A stretch of DNA of 63,926 bases, the filler included, from Octopus bimaculoides (lineage: Eukaryota): the NCBI RefSeq assembly GCF_001194135.2. It is 8 parts of 8 records of this genome, joined end to end, with 100 filler letters (N's around TTAATTAATTAA, not from the genome) between each part and the next. Parts side by side here need not be neighbours in the genome. Positions count along the whole stretch, not along the records: positions 18,138 to 42,573 come from NC_068981.1; 7 more parts are not named here. One strand, 5' to 3'. This document shows positions 25,716 through 36,303 of this stretch, one piece after another; within the stretch, counting starts at the first letter, position 1; the number at the start of each line of letters is the position of its first letter. The notes under the pieces were generated by a model, which saw only the letters and a list, made by a program, of their open reading frames with translations, ran no database searches and was not told the DNA's origin. The position numbers were made by a program, and so were the translations under genes.

Positions 25716-26400
25716 CTAGCAGTGATACCCATTGTTGATAAGGTAATTTTACTGTTTCTCAGGCCGAGAAGCTAGAAAAATGGGTATATCATATGGAACA
25801 CTAGCTTCACAGAACCCAGTTGACTGCAATGGCACTGAAAAGGCTGCAGGTCAAGTGAAACATCACTGTTCATATAGGAAAAGCACTGCATATCTTGCGT
25901 TTGTTTGGTGTTTGTTTTTTGATGGTCTTTTTTTTGGTAGACATTTTTTTAATTAGGAATATCAGTAAGTAATAGTGAAATTATAAATGCTGTGTCCTGT
26001 CAATGTTAGTGTTGAAATTCCGATGCTATATTACAAGAATGGAAGGCAAGGCAACAGTAAGTAATAGTCCAATGAAATTACAAATGCTGTGTCCTGTCAG
26101 CCAGATTTAGGTTTACTTGTCCTGTATGTGTGTATTATATAAGAGGAAAATATGTAATAGTTGAAGTAGAAAAAAGATGAATTTCATATACAAACTTCTG
26201 CGTTCTTCAAGTTGCAATCCAGCAACTTTTAGTGATTGGCCCTGACTTTTGTTAATGCTCATGGTAGAAAAAAGTGGAATAGGAATCTGTAAGGGCTTAA
26301 ATTTGAATGGAACATTAGATGATACAGCTGGTGTGCAAGGAACGAAGATGGTGTTGCATTTATCACAACCAGTGAGAATATTTTCCTCAATGGACAGAAT
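25716..26400 (-). mobile_element. Helitron remnant: PIF1-like helicase C-terminus plus 3' CTAG end
   Basis: ORF 26113-26439 contains ILTGCDK..IFVP..PFKFKPLQIPIPLFSTMSINKSQGQSLKVAGLQLE (Helitron helicase motif). The minus-strand terminus gggtatcactgCTAG|T lies at 25716. Confidence 0.8.
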
Positions 26401-26429
26401 CTCTCTTTTATACATATATGTATAGATAA

Positions 26430-26578
26430 TCATCATCATTTAACGTCCGTGTTCCATGCTAGCATGGATGGGATGGTACAACAAGAGCCGGCCAGGCCGA
26501 AGCCTGCACCAAACTTCTGTGACTGTTTTGACAGGATTTTTACAGCTGGATGCCCTTCCTAAGACCAACCACTCAGCA
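26430..26578 (-). mobile_element. Family C LINE-tail element
   Basis: catcatcatttaacgtccgtgttccatgctagcatgg...cagctggatgcccttcctaagaccaaccact. Confidence 0.8.
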
Positions 26579-27135
26579 GATATATACATATATAAAATGT
26601 AGTCATTGGTCGGCAAGAAAGTTACCTTTGGTTTCACAATATAGGTGACTGATCAGATGTGCTGGCTGTAGGAACACAATCTCTTTACTAATGGAGGTGA
26701 AAATACAGACTTGTACAGCTTGATAGGAGAAAAACACCTGAAATGAAATATTTTCAGTGTAAACCTTTTCTGGGAGAGATGGAGTTACCTACCTTCCAAC
26801 GGCTTCAGTTGCATTCAAAAAGTATCAGTTTATGTACATTTTCCGTACACTAGTCAGCAGGCAGAGAAGCCCACATTAAGGTTTCCACTTATAAGAAATT
26901 TTGCTTCAGGTGTGCACCACCAAGCTGACCAAGGCTGTATTTTTACCCCGTTTGGTAAAGAGGTTATGTACCAGCAAATCTGATTGATTGCTTATATTGC
27001 TATGTACAATAATAAATGTGAAACCAGTGATGACTTTCTGACTGGTCGCAACCAATGTCTACATAAAATATGATTGGCTGGTCAGAAAAATTGTTTTAGA
27101 GTGTGCTTCTTTCAGATTTAAGAACAGCTGACTGA

Positions 27136-27172
<37 letters not shown>

Positions 27173-27214
27173 AATAGAGAGAGAGGTATGTAAGTATGTG
27201 TGTGTGTGTCTGTG

Positions 27215-27287
<73 letters not shown>

Positions 27288-27434
27288 AATCAAAGTTAAG
27301 GGTACTGAAAAACAGTACCTACACACTAGAGATAGACATCAAATGACTCTAAAAACCACTTCAAATTAGACTCCATTAGCATAAGGTTGAAAGCAAGCAA
27401 CTGAAAACAGAGATTTAGTAAAATTTTGAGATTA

Positions 27435-27495
27435 ATTCTAGATCATCCAATTTCGGATTTAGTAATAGAAATTACTTTACCGTCATCAGTAGAAT
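27435..27495 (-). ncRNA. Minimal type I hammerhead ribozyme motif, core intact
   Basis: Minus strand reads ATTCTA-CTGATGA-C-GG(TAAAGTAAT TTCT ATTACTAAAT)CC-GAAA-TT GGAT GA-TC^-TAGAAT. It has a 6-bp stem I, both core boxes, stem II, a short stem III and an AUC cleavage triplet. Confidence 0.65.
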
Positions 27496-27773
27496 ATACT
27501 AGAAGTACATGAATATAAATATATATACATACCCATACAAATACATTCTTATATATACAAATATATATATCCACACATATATATATACATATATTCACAC
27601 ATATATATGAGGCAAATTTGATTATTCATCTCAACCATGTGCGTATTTGATTAAGATAATACCGCAGTAAGGCCACTGATAAGATCATTAGATTTTATCC
27701 TTAATTATGTATGTGTATGTATATATATGGTAAATAAAAGACGGAAGATGGAATATATGAGAATTTATTATTA

Positions 27774-27879
27774 ATCACAACAATTGTTTCGATACATCTG
27801 ACATCAAGCCTTCACAGGTGGGATGCTTAACAACTGGTTCAGGAGCATCTGGCAGTGCAGATGAGTCTCATTGGGTGAT
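27774..27879 (-). ncRNA. Degenerate type I hammerhead motif (left arm)
   Basis: ATCAC-CCAATGA-GACTCATCTG...CAGATGTATC-GAAAC-AATT-GTT^-GTGAT. GAAA is intact but CTGATGA is mutated to CCAATGA. Confidence 0.55.
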
Positions 27880-28168
27880 AAATAGACACAAATCATTAAG
27901 ATAACAGTTCCGCAATATATCTTCTCATTTTGTAGAAAGAAAAGCAGCAAAATGAAGGAAATATCTTTATTTACATAAAAGATAAAAAATAAATCACAGA
28001 TGCAAAAAATACTTTTCTCCTGTATTGTGTGATCATTTCTTTTTTGCATCTGTGATCTTATTTTTGATCTTCTATGTAAATGAAGATATTTCCTTCATTT
28101 TGCTGCTTTTCTTTCTATGAAATGAGAAGAAACATTGTGGAACTTATTTTAACACGTTTTGTCTATTT

Positions 28169-28274
28169 ATCACCTGATGAGACACATCTACACCACCTGA
28201 TGCTACTGAACCAGTTGTTAAGTATCCCACCCATGAGGGATCGCTGTCAGATGTGTCAAAACAATTGTTGTGAT
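28169..28274 (+). ncRNA. Degenerate type I hammerhead motif (right arm)
   Basis: ATCAC-CTGATGA-GACACATCT...AGATGTGTC-AAAAC-AATT-GTT^-GTGAT. CTGATGA and a 9-bp stem II are intact, but GAAA is mutated to AAAA. Confidence 0.6.
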
Positions 28275-29289
28275 TGATAATAAATTCTCATATATTCCAT
28301 CTGTCTTTCATTTGCCATATACATAATGAACACTGTGAAAGTGACCTTGCTTTATCAGTAATCTACCAGGTGTAAGCCATTCGTTTTATTATCTAATATA
28401 TATATACATACATATATATANNNNNNNNNNNNNNNNNNNNNNNNNNNNNNNNNNNNNNNNNNNNNNNNNNNNNNNNNNNNNNNNNNNNNNNNNNNNNNNN
28501 NNNNNNNNNNNNNNNNNNNNNNNNNNNNNNNNNNNNNNNNNNNNNNNNNNNNNNNNNNNNNNNNNNNNNNNNNNNNNNNNNNNNNNNNNNNNNNNNNNNN
28601 NNNNNNNNNNNNNNNNNNNNNNNNNNNNNNNNNNNNNNNNNNNNNNNNNNNNNNNCAGCCCACCAATGACCACATATAAGAAGTACAGCATAAACCACAA
28701 AACCAAATTAGCAAAGGGAAGTAAAAAATTTTATACATAAGAATAATAAAATCGATAAAAAATATAATAGAATAACATAAATAAATAAACTGCGACTAAA
28801 AAGTTGATTAAAAATATTATAGACCGGTACAGATATAGTGGAATAAAAATATATATATATAGAAAAAAATAATATAGAGAAAAAATAATACATAGGGAAA
28901 CGTAGTAAAATAGTTCATTCGTTGAGGTTAATAGCTAATAAAAGAGGTTTAAGTTTAAATTGTACGAAAGTTCATTACTTCCCTCATGACAGCAAATTTA
29001 GCAGGTAAAATCTAATTTCGTAATTCATACACAGGAATACTGAAGTACACGGGACGACATAATAACAGAACATCCAATGTGTAACAAAGTAAAATCCATA
29101 TTTCACCATCAGTGTTATTTAAGTCTCAGAAAATCAAGGCACACAAGTCGATACATTAAACCAACATCCAGCAGGTAACATCGGTAAAGTCAAACCATGT
29201 TTTAACATCATTTACAATGGATTACAAATATAGGTCGGAATACAAACATGAAGCACCTATGGCCATTTCAGGGGTATATCACCGTATTT

Positions 29290-30407
29290 CAGATGTGGAA
29301 ACAAAGCCTGGAATCTAAAGGCTTTAGGGTTAATTTAGCAAAGACCAAAAGCCTAGTAAGTAGGAAAATGGACAAATCACAAATCCTTTCTGAGAGATCA
29401 CCCTGCTCAGTATGTAAGAAAGGGTGTTGGTAGAAACTCCGTACATTGTACCCAGTGCAAACTTTGGATGCATAAGAGGTGCAGCAGTATGAATGGAAGA
29501 TTAGTGGAGAATATAGTCATTGTGTGTGACAAATGTGCAGGTACAATAAACACTAAAAATATGCAGCCAATTGACTCCTTCAAATGCTTGGGAGGTCATT
29601 AGTAGTAGTAGATAGCTTCTGCTACCTAGGAGGCCAAGTTAGCAGTTGGGGAGGGAGTTCTGAAAGTGTAATTGCTAGGATAAGAATGGGCTGTCTGATT
29701 GTATGATGCCTGTGTATGTACAGCTATGTTACATGGCAGTGAAAGGTGGCCTTATACTGCAGAGGACTTGCAAAGGCTTGAAAGAAATGAAGCTAGCATG
29801 CTTTGCTGGATGGGTAATGTCAGTGTCCATGCATGACAGAGTGTTTATTATTTAAGAGGAAAACTGGGTATAAGAGGCATCAGATGTTGTGTGCAAGAGA
29901 GAAGATTGCGCTGGTTTGGTCATGTGATGTGTATGGATGAGGACAGCTGCATAAAGAAGGACTGAGCTCTTATTGTGGAGGGTACCTTTGGAAAGAGTAA
30001 ACCCAGGAAGATGCAAGACAAAGTGTTGAGAAAGGCTCTTCAGATGCTGGGCCTCACTGTTGAAATGACTGGGAAATATAGTGATTTGCTGTACTTGATA
30101 AGACACATCATGCTAAGTGAAATTACTGTCTTCCACACGTACAGGCTTGTCATTTCAGGTGTCAGTGCCACTTAAAAAGCACCCATGCTGATGCTGTGTT
30201 AATGCATCCAAGTCGGTGTTGTATAAACACACCTGTACTGGTGGCACATAAATGGCACCCAACACACTTTGTTAAGTGGTTGGCATTAGAAAGGGCGTCC
30301 AGCCATAGAAACCATACCTCAACAGACAGCTGGGGTCTGGACAGCTCCATGTCAAGCTGTCCACCCCATGCCAACATGGAAAGCAAATGTTAATTGATGA
30401 TGATGAT
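29290..30407 (+). mobile_element. 5'-truncated RTE-type LINE with 3' UTR and (GAT)n tail
   Basis: Reads WKQSLESKGFRVNLAKTK, CSVCKKG..NSVHCTQCKLWMHKRCS, VDSFCYLG, MLHGSERW and RRLRWFGHVMCMDEDSC. The 3' UTR contains gtggttggcattagaaagggcgtccagcc...ccatgccaacatggaaagc...gatgatgat. Confidence 0.88.
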
Positions 30408-30600
30408 ATATATATATATATGTATATATNNNNNNNNNNNNNNNNNNNNNNNNNNNNNNNNNNNNNNNNNNNNNNNNNNNNNNNNNNNNNNNNNNNNNNN
30501 NNNNNNNNNNNNNNNNNNNNNNNNNNNNNNNNNNNNNNNNNNNNNNNNNNNNNNNNNNNNNNNNNNNNNNNNNNNNNNNNNNNNNNNNNNNNNNNTATAT

Positions 30601-30636
<36 letters not shown>

Positions 30637-31072
30637 CTAGATAGATGTATTTATATATTTATATGCATGTGTATCTGTCTGTGTATTATCAATATATTTA
30701 GGGTTTTCTCTTTTTTCTTTTCAGTGTTTTTTCTTTGTCTTGTAATTAAATTAGTAACAGTTTACTGATTACAGTTCTCTATGATTTGGGTTAACATTGT
30801 TTTAAATCTGAATGTAACAGTTGAATACAATTTAATTATGAACTACATGTGAAATCTATGTTTTTCTGTTCTTATACTAACTATGTGAAGAGGCAGATAG
30901 ACTGATAGTTTTTGAAACAATTTTGTGACTACACAAGAGATGCCTATAAATAACTGTGTAAACCAAAAAACAGATATACAATGTTAAAGAGAGGAATAAG
31001 GTTTAATTTGATGATAGTTTTACTATTATGATTTTGCTTTTAAATTAAAACAAGAAAAATATCCAATTGCAG

Positions 31073-31283
31073 GTGGTTCAACTTCAAGAACTATTTGATG
31101 TCAGGCATTCTGTATTTATTATTGGGAAACCTGGGACTGGCAAAAGTAAAGTCTGGAATAGTCTGCTGCAGACAAATCGCAATCAGCAGTTAAAACCTAT
31201 AGCCATAGATTTAGATCCAAAAGCAGTAACGAATGATGAACTCTTTGGTGTCATTAACCCAGCAACACGAGAATGGAAAGATG
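31073..31283 (+). CDS. DNAH17-like: Axonemal dynein heavy chain (DNAH9/11/17 family), next exon, AAA2 P-loop
   Basis: cag|GTG acceptor and GATG|gtaaat donor. The 211 nt encode [70 protein letters not shown](G), continuing in frame from FVLK across a 10,364-bp phase-0 intron. Walker A is GKPGTGKS. Confidence 0.95.
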
Positions 31284-31539
31284 GTAAATGAATCTCTGTT
31301 AAGCATACATTTCAGTTTAATTTATATTCTTTAGTCATTTTTTTTTTTCACTTTACTGATATATAATAAAATTACTCTCTTTCACTGCTCCCTCTTTGAT
31401 ATATGCATATGTATGTATGCATTTATAATGGATATGCATGTATTTACATATGTGGGGACAGCAAACTTCATTTATGTATATGTCTTTTTACACACAAGTT
31501 AATGTGTCTGCTTGTAAGTATACTATAATTTTCAAGAAC

Positions 31540-31790
31540 ACAATTGCAGTGTGGAAGGTGTTTATAAGCCATTTAAGAAACACACAAACACCGTTAGATT
31601 CACTTCAACATTTAAATTTAATTTGCCAAAATATTTTCGTCGCTGCAGTATTGGATATTTGTCAGTGAACAGGTCGCAGTCTCGAAGTGACGAAAATATT
31701 TTGGCAAATTAAATTTAAATGTTGAAGTGAATCTAACGGATTTTGTGTGTTTTTTAAATGGCTTATAAACACCTGCCACGCTGCAATTGT
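31540..31790. repeat. Inverted repeat, ~102-bp arms, 47-bp spacer
   Basis: 31540-31641 pairs with 31689-31790 with few mismatches. The 13-bp direct repeat taattttcaagaa occurs at 31526 and 31847. Confidence 0.9.
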
Positions 31791-31874
31791 TTTCGTTCCA
31801 GCACACAATCTCAGATCAGGTCGCATGCTATGCAAGTACATCTCCGTAATTTTCAAGAAGTTAAACAGTATATA

Positions 31875-32440
31875 ATCATTATCATCATCATTTAACGTCT
31901 GTTTTCCATGTTAGCATGGGTTGGATGGTTTGACTGGAGACTGGCAAGCCAGGAGGCTGCACCAGGCTCCAATCTGATCTGGCAAGGTTTCTACAGCTGG
32001 ATGCCTTTCCTAAAACCAACCATTCTGAGAGTGTAGTAGGTGGTTTTTACATGCCACTGGCATGGGAGCCAGTCAGGCGGGACTGGCATCGACCACATTT
32101 GGATGGTGCTTTTTATGTGCCACCGGCACAGTAGCCAGTTGGAGTGGGGTGGGGGGCTGGCATCGACCACATTTGGATGGTGCTTTTTACGTGTTACTAG
32201 CATGGGGAACTTGTCAGGTGGCACTGGTATGAATGGAACTAGTCAGGTGACACACACATGAATTGTGCTTATTGCATGCCACCAGCATGGGAGCCAGTCA
32301 GGCGGCACTAGCATTGGCCACAACTACAATTTCCATTTGATTTTGATTTACTTGACTCAATAGGTCTCCTCAAGCACAGCATGTTGCCTGACGCTCCAAA
32401 GGTACTTTTTTAAGTGGGCTGGTTATGCGACACTGGTGTT
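31875..32440 (-). mobile_element. Family C: LINE C-terminus plus 3' UTR with internal ~60-bp tandem units
   Basis: Tail motif at 31875-32030, repeated gccagtcaggcgg(g/c)actggcatcgaccacatttggatggtgcttttta units, and the LINE stop region (HAVLEETY*VK) near 32350-32390. Confidence 0.8.
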
Positions 32441-33502
32441 TTTGCAACATTGACTCTAAGGCCCTTCAATTCTAAACTTTGCTTCCACACTTGCCTTACC
32501 AGAGACAGAGTGTGCTTCTCCCTGGCATATACTGGTGTGTATGCATGTGTGCATATGGACATGTGTACATATGTATGGGGTCATCGTGCATGTGCAAATC
32601 CATGAGCCTGTGTGTGTACAAATAACCTAGTGCGTGTGTTGTGTGGGGTGATGTGCACTTCGTGTATTTGTGTGTGTGTGTGTGTGTGTGTGTCTGTGTG
32701 TGTGTGTGTGCATGTGTAAATGCTTGTGTGTAACAGTTGATGTCTGCTTGTTTGGGTGTATGTGTGTGTGTATGTGAGCTTATAGTGTACAAGTATAATG
32801 TATGTGTTTATGTGCAAAAGTTGTATGTATTTATGTGTGTGTGTATATTGTCTGTGTTCAGGCATGTTGTGTGCATGGGCACTGTGTGTGCTTTTTGAAG
32901 TGATTACTGTGTGTTGTGGGGGAATGCACAGAGATGTGAGGTGGGATGGGGATGACAAGAGTTAAGGGTTGGGAGGTATTGGGTGCTAGTGTGTGAATGC
33001 ATGTGCATGTGATCATGTGTGGGATTGTGCATAATGGTGTGTGTACTGAATTGAACAGTGTGTAAGGGTGTTCATATAGTGGTGTATGTGGTGAGAATAT
33101 TGGAGAATATGTGTGAGTGTGTTCATAATGGTGTGTGGTGTGGATACTGGGATATGTTGGGTGCTAGTGTGTATGGAGTGGGAAGGTGTGTGATGTGAGT
33201 ACTGAGTTGAACAGTGTGTATGGGTGTTTGTATAGTGGTATGTGTGAGGTGAGGGTGCAGGTGGAGTGGAGGGGAGTTGAAGGTGGGTGGTGTGGGGGGT
33301 TGGTGTTAGAGAAAGAAAGTGGTTAATTATGGTCATAAGGAGCAATGAGACAAAGGGAGAAGATTAATTTATGTTCATGTTGGAGATGGGAGTCTGGGTG
33401 GCTCCTATGCAGAGGCAGTCCAAACACAGACAGATATTGTAGTGAATGATGGGTTGAGCAGAAATGGCACAAGACAGGAGTGTCATTGCCAATTCTGTTA
33501 TG

Positions 33503-33887
33503 TTCTTTTACTTGTTTTAGTCAAAGAAATCGACCCCAGGACTTATTCTTTGTAAGCTTAGGACTTATTCTATTGGTATCTTTTGCTGAACTGCTAAGTT
33601 ATGGGGGTCATAAACACATCAGCATCGGTTGTCGACAATGCGAGGGGACAACACAGACACACACACACACACATAAATATATATATATGCACACACACAA
33701 CAGACTTCTTTCAGTTCCCATCTGTCAAATCCACTCTCAAAGCTTTGGTCAGCCTGAGGCTATTGTAGAAGAAATTTAGTTCCTAAATAAAGTTAAACCC
33801 TACAAGTGGACGGTGAGGGGTACACATAGTGGGACTGAATCCAAAACCATGTAGTTGGAAAGCAAGCTCCTTACTACACAGCCATGC

Positions 33888-33892
<5 letters not shown>
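33503..33892 (-). mobile_element. SINE family A
   Basis: Tail cttgttttagtc, middle cttctttcagttcccatctgtcaaatccac, head ctacacagccatgcctg. Confidence 0.8.
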
Positions 33893-33926
<34 letters not shown>

Positions 33927-34775
33927 TGAGAAAGTTGGTATGTGAAAGCACGTGGTTGGATGTATAAAAGATAATAAGAGTGAAAAAACTACAGAAGGCT
34001 TGTGTTACATGGTTAANNNNNNNNNNNNNNNNNNNNNNNNNNNNNNNNNNNNNNNNNNNNNNNNNNNNNNNNNNNNNNNNNNNNNNNNNNNNNNNNNNNN
34101 NNNNNNNNNNNNNNNNNNNNNNNNNNNNNNNNNNNNNNNNNNNNNNNNNNNNNNNNNNNNNNNNNNNNNNNNNNNNNNNNNNNNNNNNNNNNNNNNNNNN
34201 NNNNNNNNNNNNNNNNNNNNNNNNNNNNNNNNNNNNNNNNNNNNNNNNNNNNNNNNNNNNNNNNNNNNNNNNATATATAAAAACAAAATGCAGATAGAGA
34301 AAATCACATCCTTAATTGGAGAATTCCCTTTACAAAGCTGACAATTGTTTCTGTTTTGTCAATATATTTAGATATAAAAAATAGCATAGAAATTTATATA
34401 TTCAAAAATACATGTTATCACATATCAAGCCGATCCAAAATTAGTGGAATTCAAAGTGAGCTAAGGAAATATTTCCAGTACACGAATGCATACAGAAAGA
34501 AAGTTAAGAAAAAATATAATCTAAGAAAAGCTATTTTTGGATTCAACTCTTGGTGACGTCAGTGGATAATGGAAAAATAATAAATTAACATGAATTCTAC
34601 ATTACAACCATTAGAAACAGATTCTACATCACAACAATTACTTATTTATTACGTATAGTGAACTATTAAAGATAAATTATGCTTATTATATATAACATAT
34701 GAAAAGCAATTATAATTAAAAATTGAAATATTTAGATGCCTTCAGAAATCTGTGACATTTCATTGTAAAATTCCC

Positions 34776-35178
34776 AGGTGTAGACATGGCTTCATGCTAA
34801 GAAGCTTGCTTCCCAACCACATGGTTCCAGGTTCAGTCCCACTGTGTGGCACCTTGGGTAAGTGTCTTCTTCTATAGCCTCTGACCAACCGAAGCCTTGT
34901 GAGTGGATTTGGTAGACAGAAACTGAGAGAAGCCTGTCATGTATATATATATATATCTATATATGTGTGTGTTTGTTTGCCCATCACCACTTGACAGCTG
35001 GTGTTGGTGTGTTTATGTCCCCATAACTTAACAGTTCAGCAAAAGAAACTGAAAGAATAATTACTTGGATTTAAAATAAGTCCTGGGGTTGATTTGTTCA
35101 ACTAAAAAAGCCTTCAAGGTGGTGCTCCAGCATGGCCACAGTCAAATGACTGAAGTAAGTAAATAGATAAAAGAAAAA
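34776..35178 (+). mobile_element. Full-length SINE family A (CpG-depleted)
   Basis: gacatggct...ttccaggttcagtcccactgtgtggcaccttggg...gtgctccagcatggccacagtcaaatgactgaagtaagtaaa. Confidence 0.88.
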
Positions 35179-35589
35179 GAAATTCTTCAAGACAAACATC
35201 ACATGTAGAATTGCCAATGTTGTATGATGGTGCATAACTAATAATGAACCACTTTAAGGGATTGTATTTTTTTTTGTTCTCTTATTATTGTTATTATTAT
35301 TATTGTAGTCATGGCCTTAACCATAGTCATGGCTAATTCCAGTGTTGCATACCTGGCACTCATGCTAGTGGCACGTAAAAAACACCCTTCAAGCTTTGGG
35401 CCTTACGGAAGCAGTGACAAATGACCTTCCAGAGATGGATTTATGCTTTTTGATAATATATTCTTCTTCAGTATTTAGTTTTTTACCAATCACATTTGTA
35501 TCATTATTCTTTTTGCATTTATTTAGCCTAGTTAAAGAAGACTGCTTGATTTATTTCTGTCTTTATTTTTATTGCACTCACTATCAGGT

Positions 35590-35910
35590 TCCAACTTATT
35601 CAATATTCCATCCAGTAATTTTATTATTATCTTGATTCTGAATGTAGTAAATCTTGTCTTTATATCCAGCCTCAGATAATGCATGGTCATAGTAATTTTG
35701 ATTTTGTTTAAATACATCATCGTTAGCCAAAAGCTTCAAAATACAAGTAGGCATATTTTTAATGATAGAATTTATGATGTTTCTTGAATGATTAGAATTT
35801 TTATTCACATAGCTCATTTGGTTTATGATATGGTTGGTATAGTTTAATATGATATGGTTAGTATAGTTTAATATTTAAATCCAGAGTAACATCAAGGCAG
35901 TTAACCTTAG
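35590..35910 (-). mobile_element. Penelope-like element fragment (RT end/thumb)
   Basis: KVNCLDVTLDL...YVNKNSNHSRNIINSIIKNMP...YYDHALSEAGYKDKI...KITGWN matches the PLE FLDVTLDL / SNHP / ALKxAGY / IIWFNPP region. Confidence 0.8.
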
Positions 35911-35959
35911 TATAATCATTTTCTATCAAAAGGTATAACAAGAGACTGAGATTCCTGGC

Positions 35960-36303
35960 AGCTTGCTGTGCTTGAAAAAACACATCAAGCTAAGTAAAAG
36001 CATGGTTGTCCTTGCATACAGGCTGATCCACTGCATCCTTCTCCAGCTGAGCATTCCTAACCTTGTGAACCTGTGTGTGCTGGTGCCATGTGAAAAACAT
36101 CTGGACCAATGCCACGTAAATGCACCTATACTGGTGCTGCATAATATTACCCAATACACTCTGTAAAGTGGTTGGCATTAGGAAGGGTATCCAACCATAG
36201 AAACCATGCCAAAACAGACATGGAGCCTAGGCAGGTCTTCTGCTGGCCAGCTCCTGTCAAACCGTTCAACCCATGCCAGCATGGAAAATAGACATTAAAT
36301 GAT
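35960..36303 (+). mobile_element. Family C LINE 3' end
   Basis: aaaacacatcaagctaagtaaaa...gtggttggcattaggaagggtatccaacc...acccatgccagcatggaaaatagacattaaatgat; same layout as 30100-30407. Confidence 0.8.

Larger units (their letters stand above)
27724..28322. repeat. ~600-bp imperfect palindrome (about 285-bp arms, 30-bp spacer), likely inverted Penelope-like pLTR pair
   Basis: 27724-28009 is the reverse complement of 28040-28322 with scattered, mostly transition, mismatches. Each arm has a hammerhead motif followed by AATAAA. Confidence 0.9.

Noticed and set aside
31121-31150. Lys-Pro in the AAA2 Walker A (GKPGTGKS) as a functional novelty
   Set aside because: It fits GxxGxGKS, and these positions vary among dynein heavy chains. 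Nothing can be claimed without an alignment.
31990-32320. CRISPR-like repeat-spacer pattern (also 42420-42573)
   Set aside because: These are tandem units inside a LINE 3' UTR in a eukaryotic genome, with no unique spacers and no cas genes.
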